From Mustelus asterias (taxonomy: Eukaryota), in contig NW_027590264.1 of NCBI RefSeq assembly GCF_964213995.1, positions 310,001 through 374,000 of the forward strand: a stretch of DNA of 64,000 bases. The letters are read 5' to 3'. Positions 1 to 12,095 of this stretch are shown here, piece after piece. Position 1 is the stretch's first letter, and the number at the start of each line of letters is the position of its first letter. The notes under the pieces were generated by a model, which saw nothing but the letters and a program-made list of their open reading frames with translations, was not told where the DNA came from and ran no database searches. The translations under genes and the position numbers were made by a program.

Positions 1-184
1 GTTACGGCAACGGGAAGGGGGATAAATCTTCTGATTTCTCCGACCGGTTTTCTGCGAATTTGGACAAAGACAAGAAAACAGCTCCATTAAATATCACCGG
101 TGTCCATGTCTCTGACTCTGCCGTGTATCACTGTGCGCTGAGCCCCACACTGTTACAGAGGCACAGTCAGCCCGTACAAAAACC
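1..184 (+). CDS. TCR alpha/delta V segment, 3' part (cut by window edge) plus 23-RSS
   Basis: Reads ..DKSSDFSDRFSANLDKDKKTAPLNITGVHVSDSAVYHCALSP; heptamer CACACTG 146-152, 23-nt spacer, ACAAAAACC 176-184; paralog of V at 27075-27384. Confidence 0.9.
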
Positions 185-575
185 AGCAAAGGCACTCTCA
201 CCTCCTCTCACTCAATCAGGTCTGTGAGCTGGGTTGTGAACTGCTAATATAAATGAAACCATATTATACAGATCAGTGAGTTCGAAAGATCACATTTTGG
301 TCCATTTCTCTTTCCATAGTTTCCTCATTTTCTGTTCACTTCTCCTATGAAGATTAAACTTTTCTATTTCTATTTGCTTCTCACTCATTGCAGTTTACAT
401 CTTCCTTCTTTCTTCTTCTCCATCTCTGTTTTCATCTCTCTTCATTTCTGACCGAATTTTAATAATTAGATTCTATATTTTATTTTGCTCATTTCCTTTG
501 ATAATGGACTTTTTATAATCCCACTCACTCTGCCGATACTCCGGACTCAGCAGAGTTGCTCTCGTAGTCTGTGCA

Positions 576-735
576 GGTTTTTGTATGGGCTCACCCTGTG
601 TTTGTCACACTGTGGCTCACAGCACAGAGATAGGTGGCAGTGTCAGTAACTCGGAATCTTTCTGTGTTCCCGCTGTATCTACTTCTCTGACACAGAAACT
701 CCAGAGACCCACTGGGATACTGACGGTACCAGAAT
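576..735 (-). pseudogene. Chimeric 5'-truncated V fragment with intact 23-RSS
   Basis: Minus strand reads FWYRQYPSGSLEFLCQRSRYSGNTERF-RVTDTATYLCAVS; CACAGTG (608-614), 23 nt, ACAAAAACC (576-584); no FR1 or leader. Confidence 0.85.
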
Positions 736-794
736 TACTGGTGAGGAAATCATCCGCATTCTTTAATTTAAGCATGATACTACACTGTCTGGAA

Positions 795-1550
795 TCAGAC
801 ATTTGGTCTCTGCACAAATACAGAAAGACCTGGACAATATTCAGGTTTGGACTGATAAGTGGAAGCAACGTTCAGGTCACACAGGTTCCAGGCAATGACC
901 GTCTCCAAAAGAAGAGGATCTGACGAACTTTCCTTGATATTCAAAGGCATTACCATCGCTGAATCCTCCCCTCTGCTCCCCCCCTTCCTCTTCCTCTCCG
1001 TTTCTGGAGGTTTTTTATCAGTGTGACTGCGCTGGTGTTTCCGCAGGTTGGCTAACCGAGTGAATCCTTTCTCACACTCGGGGCAGGCGAATGGCTTCTC
1101 CCCAGTGTGAACTCGCTGATGTGCCAGCAGGTTCGATGGGTGAGTGAATCCCATCCCGCAGTCAGAGCAGAGGAACGGCCTCTCTCCGGTATGAACTCTC
1201 CGGTGGTTCAGCAGGTTGTATGAATGAGTGAATCGCTTTCCACAGTCAGAGCAGATGAACGGCCTCTCCCCGGTGTGAATTCGCTGATGTGTCACCAGAC
1301 TGGATGACTGAGTGAATCCCTTCCCACACACGGGACAGGTGAACTGTCGCTCCCCAGTGTGATTTCGCCCGTGAGCTTTCAGTTCAAATGGGTAACTGAA
1401 TCCCTTCCCACAGTCCCCACATTTATAGGGATTTTCTCCAGAGTGAACGTGCTTGTGTTTCAACAGGCCAGATGATCGGCTGTAGCCTTGTCCACGCTCA
1501 GAGCACGTGTACGGTTTATCCCCACTCTTAACGGTGCTTTTACCTTCCAT
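795..1550 (-). CDS. C2H2 zinc-finger ORF (5 intact + 1 degenerate finger); C-terminus runs into a repeat fragment
   Basis: CxxC...HxxxH repeats with HTGERP linkers; tail [15 protein letters not shown] also occurs at 25559-25774 and 50031-50246 with no fingers. Confidence 0.85.
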   Translation of the reverse strand: MEGKSTVKSGDKPYTCSERGQGYSRSSGLLKHKHVHSGENPYKCGDCGKGFSYPFELKAHGRNHTGERQFTCPVCGKGFTQSSSLVTHQRIHTGERPFICSDCGKRFTHSYNLLNHRRVHTGERPFLCSDCGMGFTHPSNLLAHQRVHTGEKPFACPECEKGFTRLANLRKHQRSHTDKKPPETERKRKGGSRGEDSAMVMPLNIKESSSDPLLLETVIAWNLCDLNVASTYQSKPEYCPGLSVFVQRPNV

Positions 1551-2379
1551 GTTGAAATTCTGATGATACTGAAGTTCTGATGAATTGGGCGGCTCTCAGA
1601 TCCTGATGTGATGTTCAAATTTCCCAACTGCAAATCCTCAACTTCCAATACCCTGTGAAATTTATTTAAAACAGAAAAAAAGGGTGCGAGAGAACTCACA
1701 AAACACAAAGGCAGGTTGTGAAATTGAGCTGAATGAATCTGGTAATTTGTGGAGCTGGTACTAGGAAAAGATGACCATGGAAACAGCTGGATTGTCATAA
1801 AAACCCAACTGGTGTCCTTCAGGCGAGGAAACCTGGCCATGCAGTCTGGGTCTACACCAGGTCTGAACCAACACAAGACTCTGGATCAATGAGGGGAGCA
1901 AGGAAGAGAAGGATAGAAAGGTAGGAGCAGGAAGTATTGAAGGAGAGGAATTTGTATATCTCCAACTCGACCCGAGCTTTGAAGGAATCATTAGCTTACC
2001 CACCTAGAAGGTCCAGAGCAGCAGGTGCGTGTGAACATGAACACTTCCAGGTTCGCCTCCAAGTAACACACCATCCTATCATGTCTGACATCCAGTGCTC
2101 GTTGAGCAGAAATGTCCTCCAATTCAATACTGGGAAGAGGAAAGCCACTGTCTTCAGTGCTTGCAACAAAATCCACTCCCCACCTACTCTCTCTGTTGTA
2201 ACTCTTTGAGGCTGAACCAGACAGTTCATTATCCGGTTGTTAAATTTCATCCCAAGCTGAGGTTCTGATTACATATCACTAAGATTATTATATTAACACC
2301 TATCGCAGAGCTGGAGTTATTTTGCAATTCAGCAGAAACAAACCCAAATGAACTGGTTCAGTCTGAATATGATTCACGC

Positions 2380-2538
2380 CAAAATCCAATCACTGCAGTT
2401 ACTTGGAATTTGTTGGTGTTTCAGCAGCCCGGATAAGGCAATATCTCCCTTCCCACAGCAGGAGCAGGTGAACTGTCTCTTTCCACTGTGACTGCGTCGA
2501 TGAGTTTCCAACTTGGATTGATATTTGAGTCCCTTCCC
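2380..2538 (-). pseudogene. C2H2 zinc-finger gene 3' relic
   Basis: Minus strand resembles [30 protein letters not shown]; joined at ~2538 to the duplicated unit that also starts at 37221. Confidence 0.55.
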
Positions 2539-2778
2539 GATAAGATGCCTTTTCTAAAATAACAACACAAGATGTAAATATGACCCTGGATTCACATTCA
2601 TTTCCTATATTCTTTAGTTATTTACATTTAAATATTTCCATCATAATGTTACCTCGTAACTTCTGGTTATTAACGTTTTCTACATTTGTTGCACCAAAAG
2701 AATGAGTAACTTAGTGGATTCATTGAAATAGGAGAGTGAGGGAAATCGGATTGTCTGAACTCTGAATTTTAGGGAGAA

Positions 2779-3114
2779 GGGCACGGTAGCACAGTGGTTA
2801 GCACTGCTGCTTCACAGCTCCAGGGACCTGGGTTCGATTCCCGGCTTGGGTCACTGTCTGTGTGGAGTTTGCACATTCTCCTCGTGTCTGCGTGGGTTTC
2901 CTCCGGGTGCTCCGGTTTCCTCCCACAGTCCAAAGATGTGCGGGTTAGGTTGATTGGCCGGGTTAAAAAAATTGCCCCTTAAAGTCCGGAGATGCGGAGG
3001 TTAGAGGGATTAGCGGGTAAAATATGTGGGGGTAGGGCCTGGGTGGGATTGTGGTCGGTGCAGACTCGGGCCGAATGGCCTCCTTCTGTACTGTAGGGTT
3101 TCTATGATTCTATG
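2779..3114 (+). mobile_element. tRNA-derived V-SINE (HE1-like)
   Basis: GGCACGGTAGCACAGTGGTTAGCACTG head, GGTTCGATTCC B box, TGTGTGGAGTTTGCA V-domain, TTCTATGA tail. Confidence 0.9.
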
Positions 3115-3475
3115 AAAGATAAGAACGTGGAGCCAGTGTGAAGACAGAGACGGTCAGAAGCAGAGCAATGGGGGTTAGACAAACAGAGGCGGAATAACAG
3201 AGCGAGATAGACAGGCCACAGACGAAGAGAGAGCGGAGAACCCGAGAAAGACAGGGAGAAAGAGAAACTCAGAACTTATTAGTCGAGCGAACGCTGATTG
3301 ATGCCCGACGATCATCAATCCTGAGAAAGCGGCCAATCCTGTCGCTGGGAAACGCCCCATAATTTCTGAGTAAATTACGTTTCCGCTGATATGAATTTCC
3401 GCTTGAATATCAGAACAGAAATGTCAACACATTTCAAATACTGCTTCATTTCTGCCGAACCCGAAACCAGACACC

Positions 3476-4057
3476 ATGTGCTCCTTATTTTGGTTGCTGA
3501 TAATAATGGTCTTGCTGCCCGGTGAGTCAATAAACTCTGACAAAGTGTCATCCTGACTTGAAACATTATCTCTGTTCGCCTCTCACAGATGTTGTCAAGA
3601 TCTACTGAAAATTTCGAGCATTTTCTTTTTTTGAGTCAATGTTTAAACGATCAGTGTCTGTCCCATGGGCTCTCTTCCCTCCCAGATATTGATTACCTTC
3701 TGTGTTTTGTTACAGGGGCAAATGCTGAAGATTCAGTGTTTCAAGATCGAACTGAATTATCGGTTCTGGAAGGACAGAACGTAACACTGGACTGTAAAAG
3801 CTCGACAGCTGCTTTTCGAGCAATGTTCTGGTACATCCAGTATCCCGGGCAAGCTCTGAGATATTTGATGAAGATATATAGCTCGGGCAATACCGATAAG
3901 TCTCCGGATTTCTCAGATAGATTCTCGGCTGCTTTGCACAAAGGAAACAATACTGTTCCTTTAAATATCGCCAGAGCTGTTCTCTCCGACAGCGCCGTGT
4001 ATTTCTGTGCCATGGAGCCCACACTGGTACAGATGTAGCGAACCCCGCACAAAAACC
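3476..4057 (+). CDS. TCR V gene, AMEP family (leader 3476-3521, V exon 3716-4019, RSS 4020-4057)
   Basis: Leader MCSLFWLLIIMVLLP|gtgagt; V has Cys, WYIQ, YFCAMEP; CACACTG + 22 nt + ACAAAAACC. Confidence 0.93.
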
Positions 4058-4083
4058 CCAGACTGGGAGTTCCGGTTAGTGAT

Positions 4084-4096
4084 CAGCAGAGGGCGC
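4084..4096 (+). promoter_or_regulatory. CTCF-like motif downstream of RSS (also 20114, 31912-, 38438, 57796, 58458-)
   Basis: CAGCAGAGGGCGC, ~26 nt after the nonamer, conserved in six family members. Confidence 0.65.
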
Positions 4097-5525
4097 TCCC
4101 GCACAGGATCATAAACAAAATATCAAAACAAAACACAACACTCAACACGAACAGCTGAGCCACAGTTGAATTTTTAACTTGCAACTATACTAAAAATACA
4201 TTTACAGTTCCTTAACTCACGCTTCAACCTTTGATAACATTTTCTTGCCTGTGTGAATTATTGTGCAGCACTTTCACCATCTTCACTCTCCTTTTCAACG
4301 TCTCTTTGATCAAAGGGTCTATTTGATCAGAGTATTTTGCTGCCTAAGGGACAGTTTATATTGGCATATACATTTCGCAAGGTTATCATTGTGCTATTTA
4401 AAACAATCACTGAGAACAAGTTGCCATCAATGTTCATTCTCATTTTGAATGTCTGTCAAATGTTTTCTGACACAATTCACAACCCAGTGTTTCTCTGTTT
4501 CAATAATCAGACCAGCGACTTCATTCCCACCCCTGGCCCTAACAATATAGCGATTTTCCTCACAAGCACACTGAGAACCTCTCCAATCCAGCTACTCAGC
4601 TATTCGGTCCCACTTTCCATCTACATCACTGATGAAGATTCCGCTTTGTATTGGATCATTTACTAACCCTGACCTTCCTGGTGCGAGACTGCTGGTCCGC
4701 GCTTTGGAATGAACATTCAGCTGCCGCTCCTACAGACAGGCAAATTTATATGATTTCCAATGCGATATTGTTATTGAGTTCAATTCCTTGCAGATAAATT
4801 CTACTTCTCACCACACTGCCTATGGCAGCCACACCCACAGCTTTCCTGTGTTGTTCTCACTCTGACCTGCCTCATCTGTGTTGTTTTATTAGAGATTTTA
4901 TTGTAGATATTGACCTTTGCTGCTTTTTCCTGTTTGGCACCGATTGGATCAGCAGTCCAATGGGGTGGCAAGCTATACTTTCTCTCTGAAAGAGGATTTC
5001 ACAGGCGGCAAAGTTACAAATTGAGGGAAGATCGGATGGAAATATCACAGACTATTCATTATTCTATCACTTGTGAAGTACACGTTTCAACTAAAAATTC
5101 ATCCTCCCGCGCACCGTAGCTGCTATCCCAAACATGATTGATAACAAACTGCTTGACATGTTGCTGTAGGGATGAACATTGTCATTCTCCATGTCAGAAC
5201 AGACCCATCAACACTCAGGGGACCGGTCGGTTCATGGAATAACTGTTGAAGAGGAAAATAATCCCCTGTCGTGGGATGGCCAACTTCACTTTGTTCCTTC
5301 CGTCTCTCCGCCTATGGGGTGAATTGAAGATAAAGGAGCTGTGAGATCATTGGTTGAACTGAAGAACAAAGGAGCTTGAATCCGATTGGATGTCATCTGA
5401 TGATGTTTCCAGCAGTGAACCAATCCACAGGGGCCCGGATGTGACTCCGCCTCTTTCAACTCTTGACTGAAACAATGACATCTCCCACCCGCTCTGGTCA
5501 GATCCGCCCCGAGCTCTCTGCAAAC

Positions 5526-5577
5526 ATGTCTCCTGTTACTCGGTATTTATTCCTCACAGCGGCAGCTCTGTTAACCG
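5526..5577 (+). pseudogene. Orphan V leader exon (V exon deleted)
   Basis: MSPVTRYLFLTAAALLT|gtaa, homologous to leaders at 9642 and 43032; flanks match the 9.4-11.8 kb unit but the V exon is missing. Confidence 0.8.
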
Positions 5578-6650
5578 GTAATTTCACAAGTTGCTCAAGT
5601 CTGTGTTCCACATCATTACCACACACTATATTCTGTCAGGCAGTTCCTTCAATGCGAGGGGGAGGGGGTCGGTGATGAGGGAACGGATTGATCACAACAT
5701 CGAAAAGTTATCTGGATTTCGCTGGTCTCATCACTGAACACTGTTGGGATTGGGCACATTTCGCCCAGGGATTGATAGGGAATGAGTTGGTCTCAGATTC
5801 CAGCTCCTCTGATACCAGTGAATCACTTTGGCAAACATCACACTTCAAACAGACAGACCGTGAGCAGTTTTTTTGGTCAAACTGAAACACAGGCTAGTAC
5901 AATATAGCAACAGGGCTGACTAACCCTTCAAACACCCAGAGCACGTGTAGACAAAATATTAGACAAAATATAAAACTCCCTCCACATTGTCACACTAAAA
6001 ACTTCCAGGGCAGGTACAGCACCGGTTAAGTAGAGAGTGAAACTCGTGAGCACAGATATTCCCTATAACTCCAGTTGTCACCTGTGACAAGTTGAACTCA
6101 CGGTTCTGCAAGTTTTAGCGAAAGATGAGGTCTTGGTGCGGCGTCTGTGAAACAGCGACTCTCAATGTTGTTAACATTGCTGCATGATATTGCAGGATTT
6201 TTGTGTAGCAGTTTATTGTGTGTTTTATTACTTTGATGATACTACTGCATCTGATGCCTCTGTCATTATTTTGATGTTGTTACATTTGACGTTTAGTATT
6301 GATATCAGTGCATTTGTCCCCGTTTCCGGACGCGTCTGCGCCATTAGAACAGGACCTGTTCTGTTGATTAGATGGATGAATTTCCCTGTAATAAGCTCAT
6401 AAATCCAGAACTGACCAGTCTGGATTGTTCACTTCGAAAGAACGGAAGTCTTGGACGGTCGCTAAGAATCAAACACGTATACCAACGAAATTTAAATAAG
6501 CCAATGTATCAGGGAGTGTTTTTTATGTTTCTACTGAAGGTTAGTCTGCAAGTTTCATTGTGATAAATAATAAAATATGTTTTAATTCCATTATGTTAAT
6601 CGCAAGCAGAACGTTTTATATCGATATTGCTTGAATCATGCTCACATCTG

Positions 6651-8286
6651 TGGACAGAAAGGATCGAGCATGTGGACATAAAGAAAGAGGATGTGTTGGA
6701 ACTATTGAATGGCATCAAGGTTGGTAAGTCGCCGGGACCGGATGGGATGTACCCCAGGTTACTGTGGGAGGCGAGGGAGGAGATTGCGGAGCCTTTGGCG
6801 ATGATCTTTGCATCGTCGATGGAGACGGGAGAGGTTCCGGAGGATTGGAGGATTGCAGATGTGGTCCCTATATTCAAGAAAGGGAACAGGGACAGCCCGG
6901 GAAATTACCGACCGGTGAGTCTAACCTCAGTGGTTGGTAAGTTGATGGAGAGGATCCTGAGAGACAGGATTTATGATCATCTAGAGAAGTTTAGTATGAT
7001 CAAAAGTAGTCAGCACGGCTTTGTCAAGGGCAGGTCGTGCCTTACGAGCCTGGTTGAGTTCTTTGAAAATGTGACCAAACACATTGACGAAGGAAGAGCG
7101 GTGGATGTGGTCTATATGGACTTCAGCAAGGCGTTTGATAAGGTCCCCCATGCAAGACTTCTTGAGAAAGTGAGAGGGCATGGGATCCAAGGGGCTGTTG
7201 CCTTGTGGATCCAGAACTGGCTTGCCTGCAGAAGGCAGAGAGTGGCTGTGGCGGGGTCTTTCTCTGCATGGCGGTCAGTGACCAGTGGAGTGCCCCAGGG
7301 ATCTGTTCTGGGACCCTTGCTGTTTGTCATTTTCATAAATGACCTGGATGAGGAAGTGGAGGGATGGGTTGGTAAGTTTGCTGACGACACCAAGGTAGGT
7401 GGTGTTGTGGATAGTTTGGAGGGATGTCAGAAGTTGCAGCGAGACATAGATAGAATGCAAGACTGGGCGGAGAAGTGGCAGATGGACTTCAACCCGGATA
7501 AGTGTGTGGTGATCCATTTTGGCAGATCCAATGGGATGAAGCAGCAATATAATATGAAGGGTACCATTCTTAGCAGTGTAGAGGATCAGAAGGACCTTGG
7601 GGTCCGGGTCCATAGGACTCTTAAATCGGCCTCGCAGGTGGAGGATGCGGTCAAGAAGGCGTACGGCGTACTGGCCTTCATTAATCGAGGGATTGAGTTT
7701 AGGAGTCGGGAGATAATGCTGCAGCTTTATAGGACCCTGGTTAGACCCCACTTGGAGTACTGCGCGCAGTTCTGGTCACCTCATTACAGGAAAGATGTTG
7801 AAGCCATTGAAAGGGTGCAGAGGAGATTTACAAGGATGTTGCCTGGATTGGGGGGCATGCCTTATGAGGATAGGTTGAGGGAGCTTGGTCTCTTCTCCCT
7901 GGAGAGACGAAGGATGAGAGGTGACCTGATAGAGGTTTACAAGATGTTGAGAGGTCTGGATAGAGTAGACTCTCAGAGGCTATTTCCAAGGGCTGAAATG
8001 GTTGCTACGAGAGGACACAGGTTTAAGGTGCTGGGGGGTAGGTACAGAGGAGATGTCAGGGGTAAGTTTTTCACTCAGAGGGTGGTGGGTGAGTGGAATC
8101 GGCTGACGTCGGTGGTGGTGGAGGCAAACTCGTTGGGGTCTTTTAAGAGACTTCTGGATGAGTACATGGGATTTAATGGGATTGAGGGCTATAGATAGGC
8201 CTAGAGGTGGGGATGTGATCGGCGCAACCTGTGGGCCGAAGGGCCTGTTTGTGCTGTGGCTTTCTATGTTCTATGTTCTATGTTCT
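6651..8286 (+). mobile_element. 5'-truncated CR1-clade LINE (HER1-like), open reverse-transcriptase frame
   Basis: GKSPGPDG, YRPVSL, DFSKAFD, GVPQGSVLGP, FADD motifs; (TTCTATG)n tail; ATCTG at both ends (6646-6650, 8287-8291). Confidence 0.95.
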
Positions 8287-8331
8287 ATCTGAAGCATTTT
8301 GGTATTGTGTCCACAGTCCCCATGTCGAGTG

Positions 8332-8525
8332 TGTTTTTGTATAGGCTCCTGATCTCTGATTCACCGTGCCTCATTGCACTGTAATACACCGCAGAGTCTG
8401 ACAGCTCAACCGAGTGAACAGTGAGAGTAGTGGAGCCTTTCTCACGGTCCACAGATACTTTAAACCTTCCCCCAGTTGTTTCATCTCTGAATGTGGATAC
8501 GACATACTCGGGAGCTTGATCGGTG
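8332..8525 (-). pseudogene. 5'-truncated V (paralog of 12135-12415), RSS with 21-nt spacer
   Basis: ..APEYVVSTFRDETTGGRFKVSVDREKGSTTLTVHSVELSDSAVYYSAMR; CACGGTG 8362-8368; ACAAAAACA 8332-8340. Confidence 0.8.
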
Positions 8526-8604
8526 GGTTGCCAGCAGTGCCGGATTCAGGCATAAGCTAAACTAAACAAGCTGAACAAGCCACAGCATAGAGACCTCACA
8601 ATCT

Positions 8605-9009
8605 GGTACAGAGACACAGAATCAAGTTACAGAATACTGATTAGAATGCGAATCCCTACAGCCAGCCAGGTCTTAAAGATGCAGACAATGTGGGTGGAGG
8701 GATTTGTCTGCTAATTTCCTTTTTAGTGCTAATTACCCATCCTGGGGGCTCTGCCTATTTCTGCATCTGCATTGCCTGCATCTTTAAGACCTGGCTGGCT
8801 GTAGGGATTCGCATTCTAATCAGTATTCTGTAACTTGATTTTGTGTCTCTGTGCACTGTCTGAGAGCACATTTCCACTCCATCTGACGAAGGAGCAGCGC
8901 TCCGAAAGCTTATGGTGTTTGCTACCAAATAAACCTGTTGGACTTTAACCTGGTGTTGTGAGACTTCTTACTGTGTTCACCCCAGTCCAACACCGGCATC
9001 TCCACATCA
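8605..9009 (+). mobile_element. Penelope-like element end with inverted repeat and hammerhead core
   Basis: ~80-bp inverted repeat (8605-8684 vs 8777-8852); CTGACGA..GAAA at 8883-8907; tail AATAAACCTGTTGGACTTTAACCTGG shared with GIY-YIG copy at 48247-48826. Confidence 0.8.
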
Positions 9010-9095
9010 GATTCTGTTCAATCAGGTTTGGAATGGGGTCATTGAGAACATTTTGGGGCTTGTTGATTTACATACCTCACCAAATATCTTCTTCC

Positions 9096-9447
9096 GGCAC
9101 GGTAGCACAGTGGTTAGCACTGCTGCTTCACAGCTCCAGGGACCTGGGTTCGATTCCCGGCTTGGGTCACTGTGTGTGTGGAGTTTGCACATTCTCCTCG
9201 TGTCTGCGTGGGTTTCCACCGGGTGCTCCGGTTTCCTCCCACAGTCCAAACATGTGCGGGTTAGGTTGATTGGCCATGCTAAAGTTGCCCCTTAGTGTCC
9301 TGGGATGCGTAGATTAGAGGGATTAGTGGGTAAAATGTGTAGGGATATGGGGGTGGGGCCTGGGTGGGATTGTGGTCGGTGCAGACTCGATGGGCTGAAT
9401 GGCCTCTTTCTGTACTGTAGGGTTTCTATGATTTCTTCTATGATTTC
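9096..9447 (+). mobile_element. HE1-like V-SINE
   Basis: Near-identical to 2779-3114. Confidence 0.9.
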
Positions 9448-9641
9448 TTCTAATTCTGAATTGGAATTGGTGAGACTGAATTTTATTATTTGAAGCCAAT
9501 TGGATGTCATATGATGAGGTCGGCAGCAATGAACCAATCAATAGGGGCCCGGATATGACTCAACTTCTTTCCAACTCTTGACGAAAACAATTTCATCTTT
9601 CAACCCTTTCTGGTCACATCCACTGCGAGCTCTCTGCAAAC

Positions 9642-10581
9642 ATGTTTCCTGTTACCCTATATTTATTCCTCACAGCAGCAGCTCTTTTAACTGGTAAGTT
9701 CACAAGTTGCTCAACACTGTGTTTCACATGTTTCCCTCACACTATATTCTGTCGGGCAGTTCGTTCAGTGGAAGGGGGTGAGGGGAGGTGATAGGAGGAT
9801 TGGCTTGATCCCAACTTCGAATAGTCATTCGGATCTCGCTGATTTCAACACTGAACACTGTTTGATGGCAGCCGACACATTTCCCCTCAGGGAATGAGAG
9901 AGGACGAGTTAGGCTGAAATTCAAACTTCTCTGATAACAAAAAATGATTTGACAATCACTAGACTTTCAAACACACAGACACTGAGCAATTTCCCGTTCC
10001 AGTCACAGGGAATGAAGGCGAGGAACTAATCTCGTTAGAAAGTACAGGATGTTTATGCTGGAAGTTTTATTTCATCACCGCCAGCACCTTCCCGTTCCAG
10101 CCACTGAACTGTGAAAAATATGCTTCTGTTCAGCCGTCTGATTTCTCTCTAAGGTTATGTTCAGGATGACGAGCAAGTCCTGGGGGAAACAGAGTGCAGG
10201 CGCATTGTGTAACTTAATATTCCTTTGTGTTTTTACAGGGCATTGTCGAGGAGATTCTGTTTCACAGACACCTGCAGTCTCCGTTACTGAAGGAGTCAAT
10301 GTAAGGTTGTTCTGTAATTATTCAACTACAAGTGCGAGCACTCTATACTTGTTCTGGTACCGTCAGTATCCCAGCGGATCCATGGAGTTCCTGCTGCAGG
10401 CAAACAAATACGGCGGAAACACAGGGGGATCCTCAGGGGACCGTTTTTCAGCGGAACTCAATGATACAACCCGCACCGTCCCGCTGAAAGTGTCTAAAAC
10501 AGAGCTGGCAGACTCCGGGGTTTATTACTGCGCTCTGAGACCCACAGAGACACAGAGCTGGGCTGAACCTGTACAAAAACT
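9642..10581 (+). CDS. TCR V gene (leader 9642-9693, V exon 10239-10542, RSS 10543-10581)
   Basis: MFPVTLYLFLTAAALLT|gtaag; DSVSQ..LFCNY..WYRQYPSGS..YYCALRP; CACAGAG + 23 + ACAAAAACT. Confidence 0.93.
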
Positions 10582-11833
10582 GTCAGAGCCCCACTCAACA
10601 TAACAGAGCGTTAGGCAAACATTGTGATCAGAGTGAGTCTGAAATGAAACCTGAAATCCTGGTGATTTCTCAAACTATTAATTCCAAGATATGTTTTCTT
10701 ATTAAAAATGTATTACCAAAACAAAGCAACGGGGCAGTTTACAGAATTAACATGAGAATATTTGTACAGTTTGATGACCCAAACTGTTTCCCCATCTGTG
10801 CAGAAAACACCAGCAGACAATTTTGACTCAGCATGTCATGGCGTTCAGTAATATTGTAGGTACCATGTATCAGGTACCATGCCCTGAGGCGGCGCTGGTA
10901 GACCAGAGATTTCCATTTGATTGCTCCATGAATATGCCTGGCAAAGTCCTGCAGTGGTTTCCATCACCTCCTGCAGTAAGGCTGGCCAGGGAACTCTCCT
11001 GTTCTTATCACTTGTCATTCGGCTTATTGGAAGAATTTACAAGCAGATCATCAACCTGTGTGACCGGATAATGTCTGTAACCATAATGCCCTGAAGTGGG
11101 GATAGATCCCAGAGTTTCCGGTTCAGAACTTCCGTAATTCACACATCGGCTCTTGCGCTGCAGTTTGTGGTGGTGTCAAGACGCACAGGTATTTCCTGTA
11201 ACTCCAGCTGTCACCTGTGACAGGGGGGACTGACGGTTCTGCAAGTTTTAGCGAAAGATGAAGTCTTGGGACGTCATCTGTGAAACAGCGATTCTCAATT
11301 GTGTTTATGTTGCTGCATCATATTGCAGGATTTTTATTGTTGCAGTTTATTATGTGTTTTATTACTTTGATGTTATTGCTATTACATCTGCTGCCTTTAT
11401 CATTTCGATTTTGCTACATTTGCTGTTTAGTGTTGATACAAATCATTTATCTCAGTTTTCAGACGCGCCTGCGCCATTAGCACAGCGCCTGTCCAGCTGT
11501 GTAGATGGATGAATTTTGCTTTAATAAACTCATAAATCCACAACTGATATGTTTGAATCGTTCATTTCGAACGAACGGACGTTTTGAAAGCTCGCTCATA
11601 ATAAAACAATTGTGATAACCGAATTTCAATCAGCCAATGTATCAAAGAATGATTTACATGTTTCTTTTGAGTGTTAATCTGCAAGTTCAATGATTAGAAA
11701 TAATAACATGCATTTTCAATCCCATCATATTACTCGGATCAAGAACATTTTCTGTCGATTTTACTTGCATCACACTCATTTCTAAAGTCTATGGGCTGTT
11801 GTGTCCTCTGTCCCCATGTCGAGTGAGTTATTG

Positions 11834-12090
11834 CTCCCTCCACTCATATTGTCTGTACCTTTAAGACTTGATTAGCTGTAAAGACTCACATTCCAATCAT
11901 TATTCATGTAAATTGAGTTTGTGTCTTTGTGCCCTGTTTGTGATCAGAACTCCCACCCACCTGACGAAGGAACAGCCTGTTCCGAAAGCCAGTGGCTTTT
12001 GCTACCAAATAAACCTGTTGGACTTTAACTTGGTGTTGTAAGACTTCTTACTTTGTTTTCCCCAGTCCAACGCCGGCATCTCCACATCAT
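11834..12090 (+). mobile_element. Penelope-like 3' end with 13-bp flanking direct repeat
   Basis: Homologous to 48570-48826; GAGTGAGTTATTG at 11821-11833 and 12091-12103; absent from the paralogous site at ~8330. Confidence 0.8.
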
Positions 12091-12095
12091 GAGTG

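Noticed and set aside
2779-2850. SINE heads as tRNA genes
   Set aside because: They continue into SINE body and tail with no complete cloverleaf
2794-2982. Recurrent short ORFs (MVSTAASQLQG.., MDCGRKPEH..)
   Set aside because: Translations of SINE copies
6627-8198. Host or domesticated reverse transcriptase gene
   Set aside because: 5'-truncated LINE with tail and target duplication, no endonuclease domain; first codons are flank
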